Notes: generated by a model not told the origin, from the sequence alone. A stretch of 64,000 nt of DNA from Veleropilina oligotropha (GCA_048128005.1 JBEUKZ010000053.1:1-64000); one strand, 5' to 3'. Positions 48,601-60,432 are shown, numbered from the stretch's first letter. Numbers and translations: made by a program.

Positions 48601-49567
48601 CGTAGACGACTGCAGTGACCGGGTAGGCGTTCTCGTAGTAGACTTTGTCGACCCCGGTGATAGCACCCGGCTTAGTGTCGTGGGATATCTCAAAGACACC
48701 CTGGCCCTTATTTCTCGCAGATTTCACCGGGTCAAACTTGTCTTCGACCACCCAGTCGCCTTCACGCCACTCACGCAAGAATTTTATTCTCAGGACAAAC
48801 TCGCCTTTTGGAAGGGCTGTGAGGAGCTGTACCGCCCTCGCATCTGTCATACGGGCATCCAGGGCCAGCCGGCCAGCCCTCGCTTCGATACCGTGTGCGA
48901 TCTTAATGTCCACTTCTACCCTCCATGTGGAGAAGGCCGCCGCGGCGCCATCGACCTCAAACTCGTCTTTGGCGTCGTTCAAGAGTTCCACCCATGGCTC
49001 TTTTGCTGGGAGCCTTACTGGGGGAGGGGCCTGGTCATCCAGGTCGAAGAATTGTTGCCCCTCTGTTGTGGTAAACAGCCCTAGAAGATCCTTCTGGTAG
49101 TCCTGGGCTGTCCAGGGCGTTTTGGAGAGGGAATAATATTCATCCGAGGCTAAGTGATCTCTCAGAATATCGGGCCCCTTCCGAGCAATAGCCCCCGCAA
49201 GGGTCTCTTTCCGAGACCGAGTCAGACCATGCAGGTGTGGCTTGACGATTCGATCCGTGATGTGACGAAGTGGCTTCTGTCGTATCCCGGGCTTTTTCTC
49301 AGCCTGGGTTTCGTATTTACGGACCTTGAGGGCGACCTCGACCTCGTCCTTAAGCTGCCGCAATTCGCGAGCACGACGGCCTCTTTTGTGGGGGTTCTCC
49401 ACATCTCCACGTATGGAGGGGAACCTTCCCGTTTTCATCGCCCGCTCGAGTCTCCTCCGAAACTCGGCAGCACGGACCCCGGCTATTGCCCTGATGAGGT
49501 CGTTCTTCTTGAGCTTCGACCGAGCGGGAAGCCCGTAATCATTCGCTAAATTCCGCAGTTCATCCAT
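45626..49567 (-). pseudogene. Replication fusion protein: HEH + OTU-like + divergent family-B DNA polymerase core + SF1 helicase + HNH nuclease; frameshifts at ~47575 and ~45730, TGA at 45656-45658
   Basis: PolB-like motifs IDMKACYP, SIIGKF, RASMLAYAH, VATDNIY. SF1 motifs GGGGCGKT, WDEV, GDQGQ, YRAKD, GYALTIHSSQGLT, YLAVSR. HNH CAAC..VDRVDNSRGHIRDNVRLTCLECN. Confidence 0.85.
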
Positions 49568-49601
49568 GTGCTGGACGGGTATACACTAGGCCAGCGCCTC
49601 T

Positions 49602-49890
49602 CTAATAGGAAATTTGGGTGAGGTATATTGCAGCCATGCGGAGAAACTCTCTCTGGAAGGCCCTTTTCTTTCGTCCCCAGTCCTTAACGTCCTCATTGTG
49701 ATACCCACAGCCCTTACACAACGTAAGCCGGTTAAAGACGCCTTTGCCGCATTTGATGCAGGGCTTTGTGCCCCAGCCATTTCGCCGTAGCCGAGCCAGG
49801 TGGACTTTGCAAAATTCTCTCGGACAACTCTTACCGCATAGCTCCGTGGAGCTTATGGTGAGCCATTGACAGGTGTCTGTGCCCTTCATC
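49602..49890 (-). CDS. Small Cys/His-rich (zinc-binding) viral protein
   Basis: C..C...C...FCKVH and CIKC..CKGC. Probable start MKGTDTC. Confidence 0.55.
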
Positions 49891-49997
49891 GTATTCTTTG
49901 CAATGGGTGTACCTGTTGCAATGGGTATGTCTAAAAGCAACGCCCGGGCCGGCGAGGGTTGTGGGCCGTCCCTACGGGCTCTTACTACATGCTACTA

Positions 49998-51358
49998 CTG
50001 TAGAATCATTAATTTTCGTGGGGTACCAATTTTCGTGGTTTTCGTGTGTAGGCTAAACCACGAATTTAAAGTCCCAACGAAATATGCGTCACCCAGTCAG
50101 TTTTAATCTTGGATATCCGTTGGCGGCCATTTTGGAAATGGTGAACATTTAAAACAAGACGAAATAGGTACTACTAAATTTGATCTTAATGCTATCTTAT
50201 ATACATAGTTTTGTACATATCTATAAAATTATAGATATTTACAGATAAATATGCGTACATTAAATACTTCTGATACTTGCATGTATCAGTAACTGTGGTA
50301 AGTTGGTGTTATAAAAACACCATTTAATTTGTAATTAGTCCAGTTTTGGCAAATCCATTCGAAATCAATTGCCTGCGTTGCGTCACTTCCTTGTGACCAT
50401 AAATAATCCAGTTGGCATGAATGGGTTTCAGTGTGGACGCCAGACCCTCTCAAAATGTCTTTGTATTCTTTGTTAACCGTTAAATCCAACGGCTGAAGCT
50501 GTTATGTCGGCGCAACAAGCCGGAACGAACAAAATGATAATTCCGTTATCCTTTTATTAGTAGGGTCAGTAAGTTCTCCTCTCGGTGAGCGTTTGGAAGA
50601 TTTGTCGGATTGTCAACTCATATAAACAAAAATAAAACTTATTATAATATAAATGTCAAAAACCTGTTTAATAATAGTAAACGTCTATCAATCTACTTTT
50701 TATTCTATTCATTACACTTCGTACGTTTCCGATATCGGCGGAAATAACCGATGTTTTTATCCATATAATGTTCTCCTTTAGCACTGTTACTGATTTGCCG
50801 AATTAATTTTAAGAGCAGTGTACATTTTGTATAAAAACAAAAGTCGATATTACTAACGGTATGTTACTATGTTTACCTGTTTTTTTAATTTGACGAATTG
50901 GTCCCTCATACTGCGTACTGATGATTCGCTGACTTTTTTTACCGAAGTCTGTCGTAAACTTCCGAGCGGCTTTCGCAACACTGTTGTCGATATAATAGTG
51001 GGTAATCTGAGCACGCATTTCAAGGTGAACGTTACATAATGCTGGCGGTACTTTGTTTTTCTTTCCTCTTGTTAAATGTGTTAGTTGGTAATCTTTCATG
51101 GAATTAGCTGGCGTAATCACGTTCAGTGAGTGCTAATCACATTTTAAGATTAAGCTTAGGATTATAAAAAAACACTCGGAGCGTCAGTGTCGGTAATGTC
51201 TTTCATCTCAAATTGCATTTTCAATTTGTCGTAACTTGACAAGCACAATACTAAATTGCCAGAAGTAGGCCTATATATTATATATTACGAGCCCTCGAAA
51301 ATGTCTTTTTAAGCAAAACCACGAAAATTGGTACCCTCGAAAATAAAGTCATTTACAG
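49998..51358 (-). mobile_element. Internally deleted pogo/Tigger-like DNA transposon inserted in the virus
   Basis: ~45-bp TIRs CTGTA..ATTTTCG.GGGTACCAATTTTCGTGGTTTT, with ACTA on both flanks; AT-rich. Remnants EMRAQITHY..NSVAKAARKF..KKVSESSVR (HTH) and LQPLDLTVNKEYK (DDE_1). Confidence 0.75.
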
Positions 51359-51391
51359 ACTATATCGGCGCGAAATAGCTGGTCGTGTTAG

Positions 51392-51595
51392 ATGGATGTG
51401 GCGTATTTTGAAACGGTCATCATGAGAGACATCCCCAGGTTGCGCGGCGCGAAAAGTTCCCGACGCATCAGGACCCTCTTGAACACCGGCTACGACGTCC
51501 TCGTTATCGAACACGACGACGGTGAACAGTCGATCCTCAAGAAAAAGACAGCAGGCAGTAACAAAGGAGTTCTCCACTATTCTAAGCTACCCTAG
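51392..51595 (+). CDS. Small viral hypothetical protein running into the right TIR
   Basis: 67-aa ORF with viral-like GC content. Confidence 0.35.
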   Translation: MDVAYFETVIMRDIPRLRGAKSSRRIRTLLNTGYDVLVIEHDDGEQSILKKKTAGSNKGVLHYSKLP

Positions 51596-51799
51596 TTTCG
51601 GACAGCGCCGTGTACACACGGTGACTTTTATAATACAAGCCCTACCCTCAGTCCCGAAATAGGGCTGGGAGCCTCCCCGGCGGCCGTGGACCCCTAGTCT
51701 AAACTGCCTTAGGGGCTCGTACTACACCCCCTCAGTTCTGAACAGGTGCTGGGAGCCTTATTTTTCCATTCTAAAAAGTCTACTGACCCCCCTGCTGCT
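51577..51799 (-). repeat. Right TIR of the Polinton-like virus
   Basis: Reverse complement of 34468-34690. Confidence 0.92.
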
Positions 51800-52770
51800 T
51801 ATATATAAGTAACGTATGTCATGCGTGTAAACTAGGTGTAGTATACTAGTAGTCTGTATATATAGGGTGTGTAATAAGATATTGCTTGCGACAGCTCCAT
51901 GCACGCACTCACCAATATGTTTAAAAATGTCCATAATGTCCACAAGATATATCACAAGATATACCTCTCCTATTTCTTACAACAGCTAATCACAATTTCA
52001 CAACCATCGGAAATAATCGAAAGCAGCGAAAGCGTTTTAAACTCCTTGCCATTGGGTATCTTATGCAATATCATGGATATCATTCTCTAATACCAGACCC
52101 AATTGATTTTTGGCATCGATAACCAAAACTTTAGTTAAGGTTAACACTCATACACGTATATGCACTCACATACACATGCAAGATATGTTTAACTTACCTT
52201 AAAAGATATAAGTTATAAGTTAGAAGTTAGAATTCGGAAGCTAGAAGTTAGAAGTCCTTACCAGGCTTTCGTATTAATGATTGCATTTCAATTGCTCGAC
52301 TATCTGAGTTCTGGTTTCAACACATGCGCCGCCACATATTTAACTAAACTGTCTCTGCTCGGACCATGCCTGTCTTGATGCAATGTTATCACCGGCCAAT
52401 GTGTATTTCTGTTTACTGTTTATGAATTATGCACCTCATTGTTGGATTACTAATATGTACTGCTTTGTGCCATTCTCAAAACAAGGAAAATAAATCATAA
52501 ATCTGTATAGAGTGGTAAAAGGTATTCTTCAGTGCTGGGCTTTATATGCTTTATTTCAGATACCGCTGATGATTGCATGAACTGATACCAGTTACAATAT
52601 GAAATTTATTCAATGGTAAAACCAACTGCCCGAGGCAAATAACTGATGGTCCTATTTGGGTTCAAAGGTGTAATGCTCATGTTGGAAATATGTGCTACAA
52701 TTAAAATAACGGAATTTAAAATATGTGTTTTTACCACCGTTATTAATTCGGTTGGTTAGGTTAAAAGACA

Positions 52771-55700
52771 AAGCATTTAGGGATGTGTTGTGAAAAAACC
52801 CTATTAGGTTTGGGTCACTGTACGCTCCTGTCAACTCTCTCGGTAATGTGTTTTCAATCGTACATACCATGAGCTTGATATTTGAACAATATAACTCATA
52901 GCGCCTATCACTCGAATATTCCAAATAATTGCACAAACAATGGGATTAACTTGAATCGCAACTAGTGCCTACTGCGAACATAGAACTTGACAAGGTGCCC
53001 GAATCATTTGCATGGACGAGTGAAGAATGCGTTCCGTGAATATAGAGATGCAACAGAGGTCAATATATGCTTGGTTTCTTTTTCATCAAACGCTCAAGAA
53101 ACTGTAACATCAACAAAATGGAGAGAGTTTACAATAAATAGTAGTAATGTGACAACAGTTACTACTACGAAACCTACCGTGACCATTCAAATGTATAATA
53201 ACACCTTCAATGATAAGGAATGCCATGCGCATTAAATTGTACGTGACGTCATTTAAACTAATCATACGACACGGAAATCGTGAAATGAAAATATGTGCTT
53301 TTATCACCATTATTAATTCTGTTTATATGTCCGATGGCCGTGTGGTTCTCAAATGCGGGATAGTGTTCTGTACTCATGGAAAGCTTAATGGATTATTGGT
53401 ATCTTTTCAGCAAGCGCTCAAAATGTAACAACAACATATTCGAGAGAGTATACAGGTACTAGCGGATCTACTGATGAAACAACATTGATCTCTAAACCCG
53501 ATTGGACGACTCATATTTATGATAGCAGCTCGCACGGTAAGAGATACCACGCGCTAAACATTTAATGACGAAAACGCCATACTTACTTAATTTCACTGTT
53601 TTTAATGTATGTATGTCTGTATGTATGTATGCATGCACATTCGCATAACTCGAAAACTGTTGATCCGATTTACTTGAAATTTTTAAAAAAGATAAGATTT
53701 ATCCGTGGCTCGGTCCTCCGCAAAGTTGTGCGATCATACAATACAATTTGTCCAGGATAAACCACGAAAACTGTTGAGATGTAAGATAGTGTGTCTAGAG
53801 TTATGCACACATCACTAAATGAAAACAATAAAATTACATAACTGCTGTCAAACATTATTTAAGGAATGCATAACATGTCTAAATATAGCATCATAGAATG
53901 GTGCAAATTGAGTTCTTCTAAGGTTAAAATATCTCGACATATTGTTAATAAAGAAACATATACATGTAACACCATAGTGTTAGGCAGGTGTTCATTGTAT
54001 GATGGTTCTGATCTTTAAAAACGTTTACAGGTTCACCGTTATATCAAATATACATGATATAACTACAAGATCGAATTAATGTGTCATTGTTGTTTACGAT
54101 TGCGTGCATCGGGAGCGACATAAAAAGCAAGCACATATTGTATTAAATAAAAAAATCATAATATTATTAATTCTATGTTTCTAACATTAAATTTCCACAT
54201 CAGCCTCACTTATCAATAATTTGACACGAATTAATATGATTTTAAAACAATTAAGACAAAAGGTAATAGGTAGAATAATTTTCACCATATTATCATTATG
54301 TTGTTCATCCTTTTCACTATAATCCATTCAAATACTAGATCTCAAATCTCAAATAATAATAGATGTTTTGAAATGATGAATAAACAATATCCATGACAAC
54401 GAAGCATTTAGGGATGTGTTGTGAAAAACCCTATTAGGTTTGGGTCACTGTACGCTCCTGTCAACTCCCTCGGTAATGAGTATTCAATCGTACATACCAT
54501 GAGCTTGATATCTGAACAATATAACTCATCGCGCCTATCACTCGAATATTCAAATTATTGTACAAACAATGGGATTAACTCGAATCGCAACTAGTGCCTA
54601 CTGCGAAAATAGAACCTGACAAGGTGCCCGACTCATTTGCATGGACGTGTGAAGAATGCGTTCCGTGATTATAGAGATGCAGCAGATGTCAATAGATGCT
54701 TTGTTTCTTTTTCAGCAAACGCTCAAGAAAATGTAACATCAACACAATGGAGCGAGTTTACAAGAAATAGTCGTAATGTGACAACAGTTACTACTTCGAA
54801 ACCTACTGTGACCATTCAAATGTATAATAACACCTCCAATGGTAAGGAATGCCATGCGCATTAAATTATACGCGACGTCATTTAAACTAATCATACGTCA
54901 CGGAAATCGCGAAATGAAAATATATGATTTGTTCACCATTATTAATTATATTTATATGTCCGATGGCCGTGAGGTTCTCATATGCGGACTAGTGTTCTGT
55001 ACTCATGGAAAGCTTAATGGATTATTGGTATCTTTTCAGCAAGCGCTCAAAATGTAACAACAACATATTCGAGCCAGTATACAGGTACTAGCGGATCTAC
55101 TGATGAAACAACATTTATATCTAAACCCGATTGGACTACTCATATTTATGATAGGAGCTCGCACGGTAGGAGATGCCACGCGCTAAACATTTAATGACGA
55201 AAACACTATACTTACTTAATTTCACTGTTTTTAATGTATGTATGTCTGTATGTATGTATATGCATGTACATTCGCATAACTCTAAAACTATTGATCCGAT
55301 TTACTTGAAATTTTAAACAAGATAAAATTTATGTGGCTCTGTCCTCCGCAATGTTGTGCGGTTATACATTACAATTTGTCCAGGATAAACCACGAAAACT
55401 GTTGAGATGTAAAATAGTGTGTCTAGACTTATGCACACATCACTAAATGTAAACAATAAAATTATATAACTGCTGTCAAACATTATTTAAGGAATGCATA
55501 ACATGTCTACTTTTAGCATCATGGCATGGTGCAAATTGAGTTCTTCTAAGGTTAAAATATCTCGACATATTGTTAATAACGAAACATATACATGTAACAC
55601 CATAGTGTTAGGCAGCTGTTCATTGTATGATGGTTCTGATCTTTAAAAACGTTTATAGGTTCACCGTTATATCAAATATACATGATATAACTACAAGATC

Positions 55701-56063
55701 GAATTAATGTGTCATTGTGGCTTACGATTGCGTGCATCGGGAGCGACATAAAAAGCAAGCACGTAGTGTATTAAATAAAAAATTCATAATATTATTAATT
55801 CTATATTTCTAACATTAAATTTCCACATCAGCCTCACTTATCAATAATTTCACACGAACATATATAACCATCACAAATTAATGATTCTAAAAAAAATAAA
55901 ACAAAATGTAATACGTAGATTAATTTTCACCATATTTTCATTATGTTGTTCATCCTTTTCACTATAATCCATTCAACACCATAAATATCTAAATACTAGA
56001 TCTCAAATCTCAAATAATAATAGATGTTTTGAAATGAAGAACAAACAATATCCTTCACAAACG
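52771..56063 (+). repeat. Tandem duplication, ~1.63-kb unit (52771-54401 and 54402-56063)
   Basis: Both units start AAGCATTTAGGGATGTGTTGTGAAAAA and are collinear. Each contains a HINE/Helentron-like fragment (TGTATGTATG...ATAACTC.AAAACT..CCGATTTACTTGAAATTT). Confidence 0.9.
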
Positions 56064-56100
56064 TTATTTATAAACATTATCTTTAACCCTCGGTCATCTT

Positions 56101-56582
56101 CTAAACGTCGCACTAAACGTCGCACGAAACGTCGCACTAAACGTCGCACTAAAGGTCGCACTAAACGTCACACTAAACGTCGCACTAAACGCCGCACGAA
56201 ACATCGTACTAAACGTCGCACTAAACGTTGCACTAAACATCGCACTAAACACCGCACTAAACGCCACACTAATCGCCGCACTAAACGTCGCACTAAACGT
56301 CACACTAAACGTCGCACTAAACGTCGCAATAAACGTCGCACTAAGCGTCGCACTAAAGGTCGCACGAAACGTAGCACGAAACGTCGTACTAAACGTCGCA
56401 CTAAACGTCGCACTAAATGCCGCACTAAACGCCGCACGAAACGCCGCACGTAACGCCGCATGAAACTCCGCACGAAACGCCGCACTAGACGCAGCACTAT
56501 GCCTCGCACTAAACGTCGCACTAAACGTTGTACTAAACGCCGGATGAAACGCTGCACGAAACGCGCACTGAACGCCCCACTA
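56101..56582 (+). repeat. 12-bp minisatellite (CTAAACGTCGCA)n, ~40 copies
   Basis: Directly visible. Confidence 0.95.
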
Positions 56583-57277
56583 AATAATAAAGAGGCGAAT
56601 GAATGACAGGAAAATATCATTGGTAAATCTCTATCGGTAAATCAGTAACATACTTATAGGCCTATAATGTTTCTAAATACAAGTTTGCTTGTGAGGCAGT
56701 AACTACTTTACATACAAGTACCATCTTAAATATGGCATTGTCTATGCCGATGACGATTCATCATTGTGAGAATTCACCAACGTACGACCATGTTACGCAT
56801 GCCAAATACCAGAACTAATATTTTGATCGTATCTTTAGTCAAACGTAAGCTGATACCGAGATGTGCAACTGGCGTAAATATCCAGACTAAAGCCGCGTTT
56901 ACACTACCAAAATAAGCCGGATCGACACCGATATACTTTAATGCCCATTATATTTGGTTGTGTAAACGGGGATTACGCCCCAGTCATGCAACAGCCCACA
57001 GGACACTAATATTCCAGGCAAAAATGTATAAGAAACTAAATAATCTACAGTATTACAAATACAATCGTTCAATAGAAAATAGACCAGAATAATACATGAA
57101 GCTGGGTACAAATTTGTTCACGATGAACGTAGTGTAATAACTCATAACAACAAACATTTGCGACCTAAGATTTACTAAACCGTTCAAAACATCCAGTCAA
57201 CAGTCAGTCGGCGCTAATATCAAAAACTCCAGAGACACACCCAAAGGCACGGACTCAACGAGGTGTTGTCGATTATG

Positions 57278-58291
57278 CAGCCCTCGCAATTAGGAAAAAT
57301 CCAGGTCGGCAAATTTTTGCCGACCTCGAGTCCAACCAGGTCGGCACGAGGTCGGCAAATTTTTTAAAACTGTTTTCTGTTAACACAATGCTTAAATCTT
57401 GTTTAAATACATAATTTAAGAATGTTTTAACCATTGTTTCTCTGTATATTTATCTTGAATTAATTTGCTATTTAGCCAACATATGATATTGTTTAAATTT
57501 TGAGCGAACGGGAGACTCCCACACACGCGGCATCGCGCACGTGTTACCGTTTACCTCACCTGTTCGCGTGACGAATATTGAGTAGCAAAATCTTTTTTAA
57601 AATCTCCATTTGGTAGATGATAAAGTGACAATAGAATCAGCAAATATCTTTATTTACAATAAGCGCGTGGAATAAATATATGACAGGCAGTTTCACGCTC
57701 ATGAATGTTATTGCTAAGTCAAATTGTACACGTTATTTCTGCCCGTTGGCCGTGGTCACTAATCGCGTACCCCGCAGCGACCGACGCGCTGCGTGTTCGT
57801 ATCTGAATCTGAATAAATACTAAGTACAAGTAGACCCAATTCTGGGATAAAGTTCATAAGTCTCTAAATCTATTTAAATTAATATTTAATCATTAAATGG
57901 TGTCTTAAATTGGTTATATGCCATTTTATCCATAAGAAAGATTACCACATTGTAAGTTGGAAACATAGCACGTATTATTTTGGAGACGCGATTTGAATCC
58001 GTGACCTAGTAATTTATAAATAGCGTACATTTGCGAATGGAGCGCTTGTGTTGAAAACTTGTGATGTTAACGATTTATTGGTGAACATTTCAACCAGGAT
58101 GCACAATATACAAAGTAGGTAAAGAGATACAACTTAACAAGTTATGAATAAATATTGTAATTAGTATAATATATATGAACAGACCTTTTAGCAAGATAAA
58201 TCGAGGTCGGCAAATTTTTGCCGACCTCGTACGCTTGCAGGTCGGCAACGAGGTCGGCATTGCCGAATGCCGACCTTAATTCCGAGGGCTG
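57278..58291. mobile_element. Non-autonomous DNA transposon with CAG...CTG ends and 5-bp TSD (hAT5-like)
   Basis: TIR CAGCCCTCG(C/G)AATTA, TTATG on both flanks, subterminal AGGTCGGCA repeats and palindromes. Confidence 0.7.
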
Positions 58292-59708
58292 TTATGTAAC
58301 AATGAAGTTTCAGGATTAAAACTGTGTTTCCATTACCACGGCTCCGGTGCGGCTCCGGTCCGGCTCCGGTCCGGCTGCAGCATTTGAGTGTCTCGTTAGA
58401 TGCGGGTGACGCATGCATTATGTGACTCCATGTTTTGTTTTGTAAAAAAGTATTTATTCGAAATATCGCAACCAATCGAATATTTTAACTTAGAAGCAAA
58501 ACTTTCGGCTATAAAGTCTCACAGACATCAAACATAACGCGAGAAAGAAGTTGAAAATGTCCCACTCTGTCACTTGTCAAAATTTGAGATGTCTGGTGTG
58601 AGTGGTTACCGAAATACGTCCCCTTGTTACAAAATATTTCGATTGATTCTTAAAATGTTTCTAATTTTCACATTTCACACTTTTTTCTACTTTTTTTTTT
58701 GCTGATATCTTTATAATTTCATCGGAACTACATTTTGCATTACGAAATTACATAATTTATTTCGATTTGACGAAATTAAAAATTAACCCCCTAACTTCAA
58801 AACTTCAGATTCGTCTGGCGGTCAACTTGGGCTCTGTACCTCTAGTAGATGCCAATAGTAGATGCATGTGTAACACCGGCTAAATGTGTGTCATAACTTT
58901 TACTGTTAGGAGGTTCCTATTACACTGTCAGAATACGTCGCATGTACTGCCCTGGGGTAATCCTTAAACTACAAGAAAAAACCTTAAATCTGAAGAGGCT
59001 GGAAAAGTTATTCTAAAAAACACCGCTACACATGCTTTTTTCAGTTATCGCACTTGATTGTATGAAGAGTAAGCAGGTAATAATGAAACTGATGCAATGG
59101 TAACGCCAACTGACTGATTGCCTTGTGGTATTGACTAGCGTTCTAGGGATCCATGCTAATGAAGGATCAATGGATTCATGGTTTCTGTTTCAGCAAAAGA
59201 TAGACCATTCGATAATTATTCGACGACGTCTCATAATTACGACAACATCTCGCAAGGTATGGGATGCCATGATTGGAACGCATAATGACAAAATATTATC
59301 ACCTTATTTTATTTCACTGTCTTTAAATGTAGTACATTTTCATTATTATACTTGTCTGCGCAACTTTAAAAACATTATAATTAAGATATTAATATTTGCC
59401 AGTGTAAATATTTTAAATTATCCCCCTGCTACGAATTGAATACTAGAGATTTGAAAATATCACTATTTCCCGTGATGTAATCTTGTTATGCTACTCTGTC
59501 TCCCTCTTTTCTTCAAACCCACAAATATTCACTCACACGCGAACACGAACACCATAGAATGGACAAATCTGCTTCTATGCCTGCTGTATCGATATAAAAT
59601 GAGGTGAGTATGAAGGTAAATGTTAGATTGTAACTTGTGTCTATGTGCACCAGAGGTGGTTTGTCTTTTCGAACTTATATATTGTGTACTAAGGGATGCA
59701 AGTTACAT

Positions 59709-60432
59709 TAGGCCATGAACCAGGTATGGTGTATCAGCACCCACCTAATGTTTTTGCTGGACCATTTGGGTCCCCTGAGGTGGATATCAACTGGTAACAT
59801 TGAATAAACTGGGACGCACTATCCATTTGAGAGCCATATATGATGGTATCCTACAACATCGATTTTTTGCGTCGCTGTCGACAGCGCCATATTTAACACT
59901 CTTGGTTTTTTCAGTTTCTAATGAGGTCAATATTGTTCGATAGCAAATATGCATACATCAATAGAAAGCTCGTTAACTAATGACCATCATAAAATATTCA
60001 TATTGCCGATTTAAAGGATTATTGGTTGTCAAACTGGGGTTGAATGGCAGTACCCCCACCCCTTTTCATCGTGGTGGAATCGACCAAAATATTTTAGCTT
60101 TTACAAGGTATATGTATATATATATAACAAGAGTACATAACCCCCGATATACACGAATAACTAGTATTCTAGCATTCTACATTATCCCAGCCTTCATTTG
60201 ATACCAGAAACATCTCCACAGCTCGCAAATACTATTTGATACAGCATCTCAAAGATACCACCGGTTCATCAAAAATGGACACCTGATGACATAATTTTCT
60301 TTTTTCTAGACGTTTCTGTTACAACCTAGATTAGAACTGCACATATATCTTATTAAATTTAAATATAATATTGATTTTGTAGGAAAAGGACCAGGTATGG
60401 TATAAGTGCACCCTCTTCCACATGCACCCCCC
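59709..60432. mobile_element. Left end (long TIR) of an Academ-like element, same family as 1-716
   Basis: Starts TAGGCCATG and is the reverse complement of 1-716. Confidence 0.6.

Larger units (their letters stand above)
34468..51799. mobile_element. Integrated Polinton-like virus / Maverick-adintovirus-like element, 17,332 bp
   Basis: 223-bp TIRs with 5'-AGCAGCAG...CTGCTGCT-3' ends, TATAT on both flanks, and a sharp GC shift. Intronless, tightly packed MCP, mCP, ATPase, integrase and PolB-helicase genes. Confidence 0.93.

Noticed and set aside
48176..49084. 302-aa + strand ORF and other antisense ORFs inside the virus
   Set aside because: Shadow frames opposite well-supported genes in GC-rich DNA, with no motifs.
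34468..51799. Bacterial or phage contamination, or chimeric assembly
   Set aside because: Bounded by TIRs with a target duplication in host repeat DNA, contains a host-type pogo insertion, and has a eukaryotic Polinton-type gene set.
56034..56620. Protamine-like (TKRR)n ORF and its antisense ORFs
   Set aside because: These are translations of a 12-bp minisatellite, open in several frames on both strands, with no gene context.
1..60432. 1-716 and 59709-60432 as TIRs of one giant 60-kb element
   Set aside because: The TAG/CTA termini face the interior of the window (the elements extend outward), so they are ends of two separate copies.
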